From contig CALVMJ010000001.1 of the NCBI GenBank assembly GCA_944345365.1, positions 75,228 through 139,227 of the forward strand: DNA of 64,000 nucleotides, read 5' to 3'. The notes beneath the pieces were generated by a model that did not search any database, had not been told where the DNA came from, and was given only the letters and a program-made list of their open reading frames with translations. A program made the position numbers and the translations under genes. Source of the DNA: an uncultured Clostridia bacterium. Its GTDB lineage: Bacteria; Bacillota; Clostridia; Christensenellales; UBA1242. Positions within the stretch are counted from its first letter, which is position 1. Every line of letters starts with the position of its first letter. Shown piece by piece: positions 18,825 to 27,104 of this stretch.

Positions 18825-19547
18825 ATGAAAAAAATAATAATTATTATTTTATGTTGTCTTGTAGTTGTTTTTTGTGCAACGTTCTTTTCGACCTTTTTTA
18901 GAAAAGAAACTGAAATAGAAGTAAATTACTCTCAATTAACGTATGTTGCTTTAGGTGATAGTATAACTTATGGTAAAGACGGTATTACTGGGGAAAAAAT
19001 GAATTCCCCATATCCTGAATTAGTTGCAGAAAAATTGAACTTAAAAAGTATCAAAAATTATGGCATAAAGGGCTCTACCTTAGCTGTTAATGATAACGGA
19101 TACGAGCCAATGTCTATTCGATACAATGAAATGGAAAATGCTGATATTGTAAGTGTTTTAGGTGGGGTTAATGATTTCTTTCGTTCTGTCCCTCTTGGAA
19201 CTTTAGGAGATACTAAGAATACTACTGTTTATGGGGCGTTGAACGTATTGGCTTCTGGACTTAAAAAGAAATATACTAACTCTTTTATATTCTTTATGAC
19301 ACCTTTTCAAGTTGTAAATCGAACTACAAATAGTGTTGGATATTCCGTTCAAGATGTTGCGATTGCTATAAAAGAAGTATGCAGTGCATATAAAATACCT
19401 GTTTTAGATTTATATTCTTATGGAAATTTTGAATTTGAGGCAAAGACTAATTCTTTAAGTGATAAAGTTCACCCCTCACAAGAGTTTTTTGAAAAATATA
19501 CTGCTCCACAAATAGCACAATTTATAAAAGACAACTACAAAAAATAA
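18825..19547 (+). CDS. SGNH/GDSL-family hydrolase (esterase) with N-terminal signal/anchor
   Basis: Block I YVALGDSITYG, block III GGVNDF and block V DKVHPS (DxxH). Own promoter-like TTGATA-17-TATAAT at about 18777-18805. Confidence 0.85.
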   Translation: MKKIIIIILCCLVVVFCATFFSTFFRKETEIEVNYSQLTYVALGDSITYGKDGITGEKMNSPYPELVAEKLNLKSIKNYGIKGSTLAVNDNGYEPMSIRYNEMENADIVSVLGGVNDFFRSVPLGTLGDTKNTTVYGALNVLASGLKKKYTNSFIFFMTPFQVVNRTTNSVGYSVQDVAIAIKEVCSAYKIPVLDLYSYGNFEFEAKTNSLSDKVHPSQEFFEKYTAPQIAQFIKDNYKK

Positions 19548-19571
19548 TTTTAATAATGTAGGTGCAAAGAA

Positions 19572-20129
19572 ATGAAGAGAAAGTCAAATAATTCTTTCGC
19601 TACTTTATTGTCGGGTTTAATAATCTTTTTGATTGTTGTTTTGGTCGTTGGTTTTATTTATATAAGGACTGACGGCCTTACAAGCCCATTAAAAAATTTC
19701 TATGTGTCTTATGGAAACGACGACATTATGAGCGATAGAGCAAATTTTGATGTTGTAATTGAAAAAGAGTATAAATTTGACATTACAACAAATATCAACA
19801 TCACTGGCAAAGAAAGCAAATATAAAATTGCAATAGTGCCTAATGATATTGAAAAAACAAACTTTACATTCTCTGCAGACGAAACGCAAGTTGAATATAA
19901 GACAATGGAAAGTTTGGCAAAAGGTTTTTCTATTTCTGCACATGAAGATTACTTTACTTTTATGGCAAATTTGGACTTACCCGAAATTATTGGGTTATAT
20001 TATTCTGATATGACGATTACGGGTTGCCCAACTGCTATTGATAGTGATATACCTTATTTTAGGTTGGTTATTTCTAGTGTAGATAATAGTGAAACTATAA
20101 ATATAAATTTTAGTTTGAAAAGTGAGTAA
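19572..20129 (+). CDS. N-terminally anchored 185-aa hypothetical protein
   Basis: RBS AGGTG. TM segment LLSGLIIFLIVVLVVGFIYI followed by a beta-rich ectodomain. Confidence 0.7.
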   Translation: MKRKSNNSFATLLSGLIIFLIVVLVVGFIYIRTDGLTSPLKNFYVSYGNDDIMSDRANFDVVIEKEYKFDITTNINITGKESKYKIAIVPNDIEKTNFTFSADETQVEYKTMESLAKGFSISAHEDYFTFMANLDLPEIIGLYYSDMTITGCPTAIDSDIPYFRLVISSVDNSETININFSLKSE

Positions 20130-20137
20130 ATAAAATT

Positions 20138-21592
20138 ATGACAAAGACAAGAAAAATACAAATATTATTGTTGACAATAGTATTGATTGTTTCTTGTTTC
20201 TTAGCTGGTTTTACATCAACAATGGGTGTTGTTCATGCGTCAACAATAGATGTTGTCGGTGGTTATACAAATGTTATGGAAGATTTGAAAATGGACACCA
20301 ATTTTGACGCAATGGACTACCCTGTAAAACAAAATGATTATTCGTTGTCGGTTATACAGCTTGCAGAAAGTAGCGACAAAGAAATATTTGTTTATGTATA
20401 TCAACCAAATCAAGAATACGGGAAATATGTTGCGTCAACAATCAATATTTCGACATCTTTACATAATAGAGACAAGATTAAAAATTATAAATTAACATTG
20501 CTTAATTATGACGGGGTGTTTCAAAAATATCTTGTTAATGGTTTAAAAGCACAAGAGGGCGAAACAAGATATTATGATGTTGTTTCAATATATCGTGTGT
20601 TTGACGAAAATATTGACGAGGGGCTTCCAGACGATAACGAAAATACGATTGACGAAGTTGTTTTTAAGGTTGCACAGCAATATACAATTAAAACAGCAGA
20701 AGACGGCAATGTATATATTTCAATGACAGCAACCGAATTTGAAACAATCGCAGTGACAAGTAAATATGTCGGTTTTATGCGTTATAAAGACGGCTGGCAT
20801 TTCTTCCCTAATAACTATTCAATGTGTGATAGCCATTTTGTTGCATTCTCAACCGACAAACCAATTGATAAATTGTATGAGATTGATGTGGCTTATACAA
20901 CACAAACTTACTTGTTTGCTATGATGGGTGCTCCAAATTATAATATTATAGGGCCTGTGTTTATGCCCGAAAATCCCGAAGACTATGTTCAATATGCATA
21001 CTTAAATTGGGAACAACAAGGTGTTTATACTGGAGATGGTTTGTTTGCACATTCTTATAAATGGAATGTTATAGAAACAGCCGAAGATTTTATAAAAAAT
21101 GAAAATGAAAATATGGATAACATGTTTTCTATGGGAATTTTTAATATTGGAACACGTAATAAAATGACCGCAGAAGGGCTCGCAGATATTCAAAATCAAC
21201 AATGGGTTGTGCGTTTTGCTGAAACCGAATATAGAAAGGTCACAACAGGTGATAGTTCAAGTGAAAGTTATACGATTGTCGGAGATGTTTCAATCTTGCG
21301 TTTGGCATTTGAAACAGACGGCGTGTATTATGATTTGCCTGTAATTGATAACAAACAAACCGGTGACGGAAATCCCGATAACGTGCAAACAACAGTGTTT
21401 GAAATTGCTGATTGGTTTAAAATTTTGCTTGCCATTTTGCTTTTAATTTTATTACTTGTTGTTCTTTGGCCTATATTGCCTATTGTATTTAATATTATTT
21501 GGTGGTTGATTAAAGCAGTTATTAAATTTGCTTGGTGGCTAATTTGTTTGCCGTTTAGGTTGTTTAATTCAGTGTTTAAGAAACGAGAATAA
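20138..21592 (+). CDS. Secreted 484-aa protein with cleavable signal peptide and C-terminal double-TM anchor (pIII/spike-like topology)
   Basis: Signal peptide ending VHA-S. C-terminus WFKILLAILLLILLLVVLWPILPIVFNIIWWLIKAVIKFAWWLICLPF. Confidence 0.75.
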   Translation: MTKTRKIQILLLTIVLIVSCFLAGFTSTMGVVHASTIDVVGGYTNVMEDLKMDTNFDAMDYPVKQNDYSLSVIQLAESSDKEIFVYVYQPNQEYGKYVASTINISTSLHNRDKIKNYKLTLLNYDGVFQKYLVNGLKAQEGETRYYDVVSIYRVFDENIDEGLPDDNENTIDEVVFKVAQQYTIKTAEDGNVYISMTATEFETIAVTSKYVGFMRYKDGWHFFPNNYSMCDSHFVAFSTDKPIDKLYEIDVAYTTQTYLFAMMGAPNYNIIGPVFMPENPEDYVQYAYLNWEQQGVYTGDGLFAHSYKWNVIETAEDFIKNENENMDNMFSMGIFNIGTRNKMTAEGLADIQNQQWVVRFAETEYRKVTTGDSSSESYTIVGDVSILRLAFETDGVYYDLPVIDNKQTGDGNPDNVQTTVFEIADWFKILLAILLLILLLVVLWPILPIVFNIIWWLIKAVIKFAWWLICLPFRLFNSVFKKRE

Positions 21593-21601
21593 GGAGATTT
21601 A

Positions 21602-21967
21602 ATGAGGTTAGCGAAAATTAAAAATAGTTATTTGTTTAAGAGTGACAAACCACACGGAAGTCACACTTACGCAATTTACTATGATAAGAAAAACAAAGAA
21701 AATCGAGCTGTTGCCTTAACTCATTTGTATATTAAAGACGAAAAACGATTTAAGCAAGTTCGTAAAGGAAATATACGAATTGAAAAGTTTAAAGAGTTTG
21801 ATGCCCCTAGTGGGGTTCAAAATTATTTTTATAGTAGAAATACTAAAAATAATAAAATCAATTTGAATGATAAATCAAGTGTTCGTTTAATTTCAAAGAG
21901 ATATTTGAGTAAAAATCAGTCAAATAGAATTAAGGCATTTGCTCGAAATGATTATAACAAGAAATAA
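21602..21967 (+). CDS. Basic 121-aa hypothetical protein
   Basis: Strong RBS TAAGGAG. K/R/N-rich. Followed by the hairpin TTCCACTG...CAGTGGAA (about 21976-22008). Confidence 0.65.
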   Translation: MRLAKIKNSYLFKSDKPHGSHTYAIYYDKKNKENRAVALTHLYIKDEKRFKQVRKGNIRIEKFKEFDAPSGVQNYFYSRNTKNNKINLNDKSSVRLISKRYLSKNQSNRIKAFARNDYNKK

Positions 21968-22106
21968 AAAAAAGAATTCCACTGCCCAACTTTAAGATGA
22001 CAGTGGAAAAAGAAATTTAATTTACTTTCGTTGTTAATATTATACGCAATGAAAATAAAAAAGTCAATGGTTTGAACGGAAAAATTAAAAAAAGGTAAGT
22101 AAAGTT

Positions 22107-22202
22107 ATGAAAAAGTTTAAAAATATCTTAAAGGTATTGCTAGTAATTTTAATTTTGTTTGTGGTCGGCTACTTTATCTTTACAATCGGTAAAATTCAAT
22201 GA
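22107..22202 (+). CDS. 31-aa single-TM peptide
   Basis: Not in the ORF track. Sequence MKKFKNILKVLLVILILFVVGYFIFTIGKIQ. Its stop overlaps the next start (ATGA at 22199-22202). Confidence 0.5.
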   Translation: MKKFKNILKVLLVILILFVVGYFIFTIGKIQ

Positions 22203-24430
22203 AATTTAAGGTTTGGTTAAAGAAGAATTATTTACATATAATTTGCGTTTCGATTACACTTGGCTTTATTGCTTGTGCTATTTGGGCTTTCCCTAACGCA
22301 TGTGTAAGAATTAAAGAAAGCTGTGTTGATGTTTGGAACTCTTTAAAGTTTTATGTTAAAGAAATGTTTATGTTTGATTATGATGTAAATCCTACTGTAA
22401 ATAATTATTCAAGTGTAGGTTTTACTCCATTTTTTGGGTTGCCCTCAACTTGGGAAGAATTTACGGTGTCATGGTCAAGCTATTGGAAGATTTGGGCAAG
22501 CAAGGAAAATTTTGTTGGCTATTTAAGTTCTATATCGAGTTTTTTATATAAATTTGCTAAAATTTTTCTTCTTGCTATTATTCCTATAATTTTAATATTG
22601 TATTTACTTTTTAGAATGTATTTGTCAAGGCATAACAATAAATATAACAAAGATAGCAAGCCTTTAAAATTCCATAAATGGCTTGTAAGCAAAACTTACA
22701 CCCCAGTTAAAAATTGGCTTAAAACATTTTTTGACTTTGTTAAAACAAATAAAAAATATTTTGGTTTATGGCTTTTAATTTGGGCTTGGAATTTTAATTT
22801 GATAACAATATTTATTGAATTCTTGGCCTTTTACTTTTACTTTGTTATGTCGTTTGACTTTAAAAATATTTATAGACAGGTATATAAACTCTTTTGTGAC
22901 CTTTCGGTTATGATTTCAACTATGCCATTGTTTGTTTGGCTTATGCTTGGCTTTATGTTTATTTGCTGGCTTAGAAAGAAAATCGCATATCGTCGTTTAC
23001 ATCACATGGAACGCAAAAATTGTGGCTTTATCAATGAGCGGCCTATTGTCTTAATGGTATGTGGCACTATGGGAAAGAAAAAGACAACGGCAATCACTGA
23101 CATGGCACTTTCTCAGGAAACTATGCTAAAAGATAAGGCCTTTGAAAAAATACTTGAAAACGACTTAAAGTTTCCATATTTTCCATGGTGTAATTTTGAA
23201 AATGCTATAAAAGAGGCTATGAAAACGCATAAGATATATAATCTTGCAACTTGTAAAGAATATATTAAAGAACTAGCAAATTATTTTTATATCGGCTTAA
23301 ATACTGACAAACAATCTTGTAAGTCAATAAGACGATATGTCAAGCGAAAATATAATTTGAAATTTAAAAACTTAATCTTTGATTATGATTTTGAAAGATA
23401 TGGTTTATTTTATAACGATAAACTTCAAGTTGTAAGTGTTTGGCAAGTCTTGGAAACTTACGCACAGCTTTATTTTGTGTATATTATTCAATCGAGTTTG
23501 ATTGTTTCAAATTATAGTGTAAGAACTGATAATTTGTTTGATAGTTTAGGAAATTTTCCTATGTGGAATATGGACTTTTTCAAACGAGATAGCAGGCTTA
23601 TTGACGCATACAGCAGACATTCACATATTATTGATTTTGACGCACTAAGACTTGGAAGAAAGGTTATTGAAGATAACCCAAAGAAAGATACTTTTGAGTT
23701 TGGTGTTGTAAATATAACCGAAATAGGAAAAGAAAGAAAAAATCAACTTGAACTAAGGGAAATGAAGAAAAAGGAAGATATAACAAACCAAAAGAATGAC
23801 GGCTTTACTGATTGGCTTAAAATGATAAGGCACTCTGCAACGATTGACAATTATCCTTTTGTAAAAGTTATTTCTGACGAGCAAAGACCGGAAAGTTTAG
23901 GTGCTGACGCAAGAGATTTATTAGATATCGTGCATATCAAAGATACAAGCGAAATTAAACTTGCAATGCCATTTTTCTTTGTGACGGAGCTTATATACTC
24001 TTTTGTGTTTAGTAAGTTTATTGACCTTTATTATAGGTATAGATATATACGCAGTGATAACACTTTGCCTATGTATTTATTAAAATCTTTTACAAGCAAA
24101 TTTAATCATTATTACAAAGGCACTTATAATACCTTTGGATACTCTAAACTTGCTATTCAAGTTGAAAGTGGAACGCAAGACGGACAAATTGAAGATAGAA
24201 AATATTATTTAATGAGCAAAAAGATTTACAGTAAACGATTTTCAACGGATTGTTTTAGTGAGTTTTTTAACAAGAAAAGTTTACAATCAAAATTAGGAAT
24301 TGAAGACTTAAAAGAATATGAAACGGAAAAGGCTACCTTTGAAGAACTGAAAGAACAGAATAGTTATTTTATAAACGATTTAATAAGTAAAGAAAGGAAT
24401 ATGACGGACAAAGATGATATTGATATTTAA
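22199..24430 (+). CDS. 743-aa polytopic membrane protein with central P-loop-like motif (candidate assembly/packaging NTPase)
   Basis: About five TM segments in the first ~270 aa, then PIVLMVCGTMGKKKTTAITDMAL (a non-canonical Walker A-like motif) and a large soluble C-terminal region. Confidence 0.7.
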   Translation: MKFKVWLKKNYLHIICVSITLGFIACAIWAFPNACVRIKESCVDVWNSLKFYVKEMFMFDYDVNPTVNNYSSVGFTPFFGLPSTWEEFTVSWSSYWKIWASKENFVGYLSSISSFLYKFAKIFLLAIIPIILILYLLFRMYLSRHNNKYNKDSKPLKFHKWLVSKTYTPVKNWLKTFFDFVKTNKKYFGLWLLIWAWNFNLITIFIEFLAFYFYFVMSFDFKNIYRQVYKLFCDLSVMISTMPLFVWLMLGFMFICWLRKKIAYRRLHHMERKNCGFINERPIVLMVCGTMGKKKTTAITDMALSQETMLKDKAFEKILENDLKFPYFPWCNFENAIKEAMKTHKIYNLATCKEYIKELANYFYIGLNTDKQSCKSIRRYVKRKYNLKFKNLIFDYDFERYGLFYNDKLQVVSVWQVLETYAQLYFVYIIQSSLIVSNYSVRTDNLFDSLGNFPMWNMDFFKRDSRLIDAYSRHSHIIDFDALRLGRKVIEDNPKKDTFEFGVVNITEIGKERKNQLELREMKKKEDITNQKNDGFTDWLKMIRHSATIDNYPFVKVISDEQRPESLGADARDLLDIVHIKDTSEIKLAMPFFFVTELIYSFVFSKFIDLYYRYRYIRSDNTLPMYLLKSFTSKFNHYYKGTYNTFGYSKLAIQVESGTQDGQIEDRKYYLMSKKIYSKRFSTDCFSEFFNKKSLQSKLGIEDLKEYETEKATFEELKEQNSYFINDLISKERNMTDKDDIDI

Positions 24431-24476
24431 ATAATAGCAGTAGTCGTGTCTGTGGTAAAGTGCGTAAACTCTTTAG

Positions 24477-24588
24477 GAGTTTTCCACTTTTCCAGTTATT
24501 GTTGATTAGTGTGTAAAGTCAAAGACTTTTCCACTTATCAAAGAGTTTTCCATAATTGCACAATTTGTTGTGTGATTGTGGGAAACTC
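24477..24588. repeat. Iteron cluster upstream of rep (candidate double-strand origin)
   Basis: GAGTTTTCCAC at 24477, TTTTCCA at 24488, GACTTTTCCAC at 24524, GAGTTTTCCAT at 24543, and an inverted GTGGGAAACTC at 24578. Confidence 0.7.
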
Positions 24589-24640
24589 GGCAATAACCTT
24601 GCAGACATAAAAACAATATCTTTAAGGAGCATATTTTTTT

Positions 24641-25567
24641 ATGAGAAAAAAACATATTGAAAATGAATTAAAGCCTATAACTTTAAAAAATGACCCATTT
24701 GGTCAGCATCTTAAAATATATCATGACGGCAAGCACTTTGTTGGCACGAGGACTTTTAAGATTGAGAAGAGCAAAACAAACACCAAGTCAAAGTCCGAGC
24801 AAGATGAATATTTTGACAATATGTATTTTGAGGCAGTTAAACAAAATCTAACACATTCTGCTTTAAGAAATTTTTTAAATGACAAAATGCTTGAAAGTTA
24901 TCCTACAATTAAAAATATTGATAGTTATATCGAAAGCCATATAAAAGCGAAGATACATAATTTTTATAGTAGAATAAAACGATTTAAGCGAAAAGCAAAT
25001 CTCAATAAATGGAACTATTTTGTGACAATAACCTATGACAATAAAAAAATGAACTCTAGTATTTTTAAGAAAAAACTTAGAAAATGCTTGTCAAATTTAC
25101 ATTGTCGCAGGTCTTGGAATTATATGGGTGTTTTTGAGCTTTCTCCAACGGAGAATAGGCTTCATTTTCACGCATTGATGTATATCCCTAAATCTGAAAT
25201 GGTGGGAACTATTACTGAAGAAACCAGTTATTCTACAAAGAAAAAAGCAATGCAAACAGCTAAGATAAACTCTTTCTTTGCCGAGAAATTTGGCCGTAAT
25301 GATTTTTCAGAAATTACGGAAGAAGATTTAAAATTTGGTAAGACTATTGCGTATATAACTAAATATCTTTATAAGACAAATGAAAAGATAGTTTATAGTC
25401 GAGGTATTCCAACTGAACTTAGTTTATATATAAACAATGAAGACATAGCAACCGAATATGTCGATTTTGTTGTTAAATTTGTTTTATTCGACGATTGCAT
25501 TGTTGATAATGAATATATTTCTTCAATCAGTTATAAGCCTTTGCAGTATTCGTTTTTAGACGGATAA
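24641..25567 (+). CDS. rep: HUH-superfamily rolling-circle replication initiator (Rep)
   Basis: Motif 1 FVTITYD, motif 2 RLHFHALMYIP (HUH) and motif 3 IAYITKYLYK (Y-x-x-x-Y-x-x-K). This layout matches pC194/phiX174-type Reps. Confidence 0.85.
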   Translation: MRKKHIENELKPITLKNDPFGQHLKIYHDGKHFVGTRTFKIEKSKTNTKSKSEQDEYFDNMYFEAVKQNLTHSALRNFLNDKMLESYPTIKNIDSYIESHIKAKIHNFYSRIKRFKRKANLNKWNYFVTITYDNKKMNSSIFKKKLRKCLSNLHCRRSWNYMGVFELSPTENRLHFHALMYIPKSEMVGTITEETSYSTKKKAMQTAKINSFFAEKFGRNDFSEITEEDLKFGKTIAYITKYLYKTNEKIVYSRGIPTELSLYINNEDIATEYVDFVVKFVLFDDCIVDNEYISSISYKPLQYSFLDG

Positions 25568-25696
25568 TTGGCAATTTTTCTTGTGCATATTCCTTTTTTA
25601 GGTCTATATTATAGGCTTATTTTTTGCGTAAAAAATTCTATATTTATGATAAAAATGAGGTAAAACTTCAAAGAAGTATAATGTAAAAAACAAAAA

Positions 25697-25743
25697 GGGC
25701 GATTTTAAACAAGCGGTTTAGCGTTTAAACGCCCTTTTTTTTA
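25697..25743 (+). terminator. Rho-independent terminator downstream of rep
   Basis: GGGCG(at)TTTAAAC ... GTTTAAACGCCC stem followed by a run of about 10 T. Confidence 0.7.
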
Positions 25744-25769
25744 CATCTTCTGCTGGCTCAATTTTACTT

Positions 25770-25835
25770 ATTAGACGGCACCTTGTCTGCCGTGCGTCAG
25801 CACGGCACTCGTTAATAGACAAGGTGCCGTCTAAT
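25770..25835. repeat. GC-rich nested inverted repeat upstream of the transposase gene
   Basis: Perfect 19-bp arms ATTAGACGGCACCTTGTCT / AGACAAGGTGCCGTCTAAT enclose a 7-bp hairpin GCCGTGC-GTCA-GCACGGC. Confidence 0.85.
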
Positions 25836-25898
25836 GCTCTTTGGGGTATTTACAAAACTCTTGATTATTGCTATAATACTTGAAATTTGGGGGTGGCT

Positions 25899-26900
25899 AT
25901 GAGCAGAAGAAAAAAGGAAAAGAAAGTTTACAAAGTTGCTTATTCCAGTGAGGAAAAGCTTAGAGCTTTAAAGATGTTAAGACAAAATATGTCTTTTGAA
26001 TTTGTCGCACATCGTTATCATTGCACAATTCAAACTCTCTATAGGTGGAGAAGAATGTATGACGGAACGCTTGAAAGTTTAGAGCCGAAATATCATGCAC
26101 CTTATACTCCTCACCCTAATAGGCATACTGACGAGGAACTCAAACATATAAAGGACATGATAAGGCGAAACCCCAATATAGGGCTTAACGAACTTTACGG
26201 CAAGTTGCGTCTTAATTTTTCATATAGACGTAATCCTGTAAGCCTTTATAGGCTGCTAAGAAAGAATGGTTGGTATGCTGACGTAAAGAAAAGGTCGACA
26301 TATAAGCCACAGCCTTATGACACGCCTATACATATCGGCGAAAAATGGCAACTTGATGTTAAGTGTGTTCCTAGAGATTGTTATGTTGGCGAATTTAAAG
26401 AAGAACGCAGATTTTTTCAATATACAGTAATCGACGAGGCAACACGTGAAAGATTTATCTTTCCATACATGGAGCAGATAGCCAATAATACCATTGACTT
26501 TATTAAACGTGCGATAGTTTATTTTGGGTATAAACCAGTGCAAATTCAAACCGATAATGGAAGTGAATTTACATATACAAAGCAAACTCGAAATGATAGA
26601 GAACACCCGTTTGATACTTTCTGCCGATTGGAAAATATCGAGCATAAGACGATAAAGCCAAGGACACCTCGCCATAATGGAAAAGTAGAACGTTCGCATA
26701 GAAATGACAATGAGCGGTTTTATAAGTATTTGCACTTTTATTCTTTTGAAGATTTAAAGTTGCAAATGAAAGCATATTTGCAACGCTCAAACATGATTCC
26801 AATTTCGGTGTTAAAAACTCGTGATAATAAAACAGGTTGGCTAACTCCAAAAGAAAAACGAAAGGAACTTCTTTTGCTTGACTGGGGTGTTATAGAATAA
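25899..26900 (+). CDS. DDE (rve/integrase-core) transposase with N-terminal HTH, IS481/IS3-like
   Basis: WQLDVK (D), QTDNGSEF (D) and PRHNGKVERSHR (E), plus an HTH-like N-terminus (TIQTLYRWRRMY). The upstream TTG at 25887 is also possible. Confidence 0.85.
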   Translation: MSRRKKEKKVYKVAYSSEEKLRALKMLRQNMSFEFVAHRYHCTIQTLYRWRRMYDGTLESLEPKYHAPYTPHPNRHTDEELKHIKDMIRRNPNIGLNELYGKLRLNFSYRRNPVSLYRLLRKNGWYADVKKRSTYKPQPYDTPIHIGEKWQLDVKCVPRDCYVGEFKEERRFFQYTVIDEATRERFIFPYMEQIANNTIDFIKRAIVYFGYKPVQIQTDNGSEFTYTKQTRNDREHPFDTFCRLENIEHKTIKPRTPRHNGKVERSHRNDNERFYKYLHFYSFEDLKLQMKAYLQRSNMIPISVLKTRDNKTGWLTPKEKRKELLLLDWGVIE

Positions 26901-26971
26901 ATTTTTAATCTTCAGTAAAAAAACAAACATATTTTTCAATATGTTTATTTTTTCACATCAAACTTGGCCGA

Positions 26972-26989
26972 AATTCCCCTAGGGGAATT
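26972..26989. repeat. Perfect 18-bp palindrome downstream of the transposase gene
   Basis: AATTCCCCTAGGGGAATT. It is GC-rich relative to its surroundings. Confidence 0.85.
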
Positions 26990-27104
26990 GTTTTGTTTGG
27001 TTTTATTCTCAAAAATCAATGCTTTTCTTCTATTAAATCATATAAATATTAAAATATTTTAATTTTTTTTGAAAATCTATTAAAAAACATTTGACAATTC
27101 TTCA

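Noticed and set aside
24477-24588. CRISPR-like array
   Set aside because: The repeats are only 7-11 nt with irregular spacing and one inverted copy, and there are no cas genes. They are better explained as Rep iterons.
26256-26850. Two minus-strand ORFs (159 aa and 93 aa) inside the transposase gene
   Set aside because: They are antisense to a gene with a clear DDE catalytic signature, and no supporting signals were seen.
16158-27104. Terminal inverted repeats of the 11-kb element just inside the 27-mers
   Set aside because: A by-eye comparison of GAAATTATACAATTAGTG… with the reverse complement of the right end (TGAAGAATTGTCAAATG…) gives only about 60 percent identity with gaps. That is not meaningful in AT-rich DNA.
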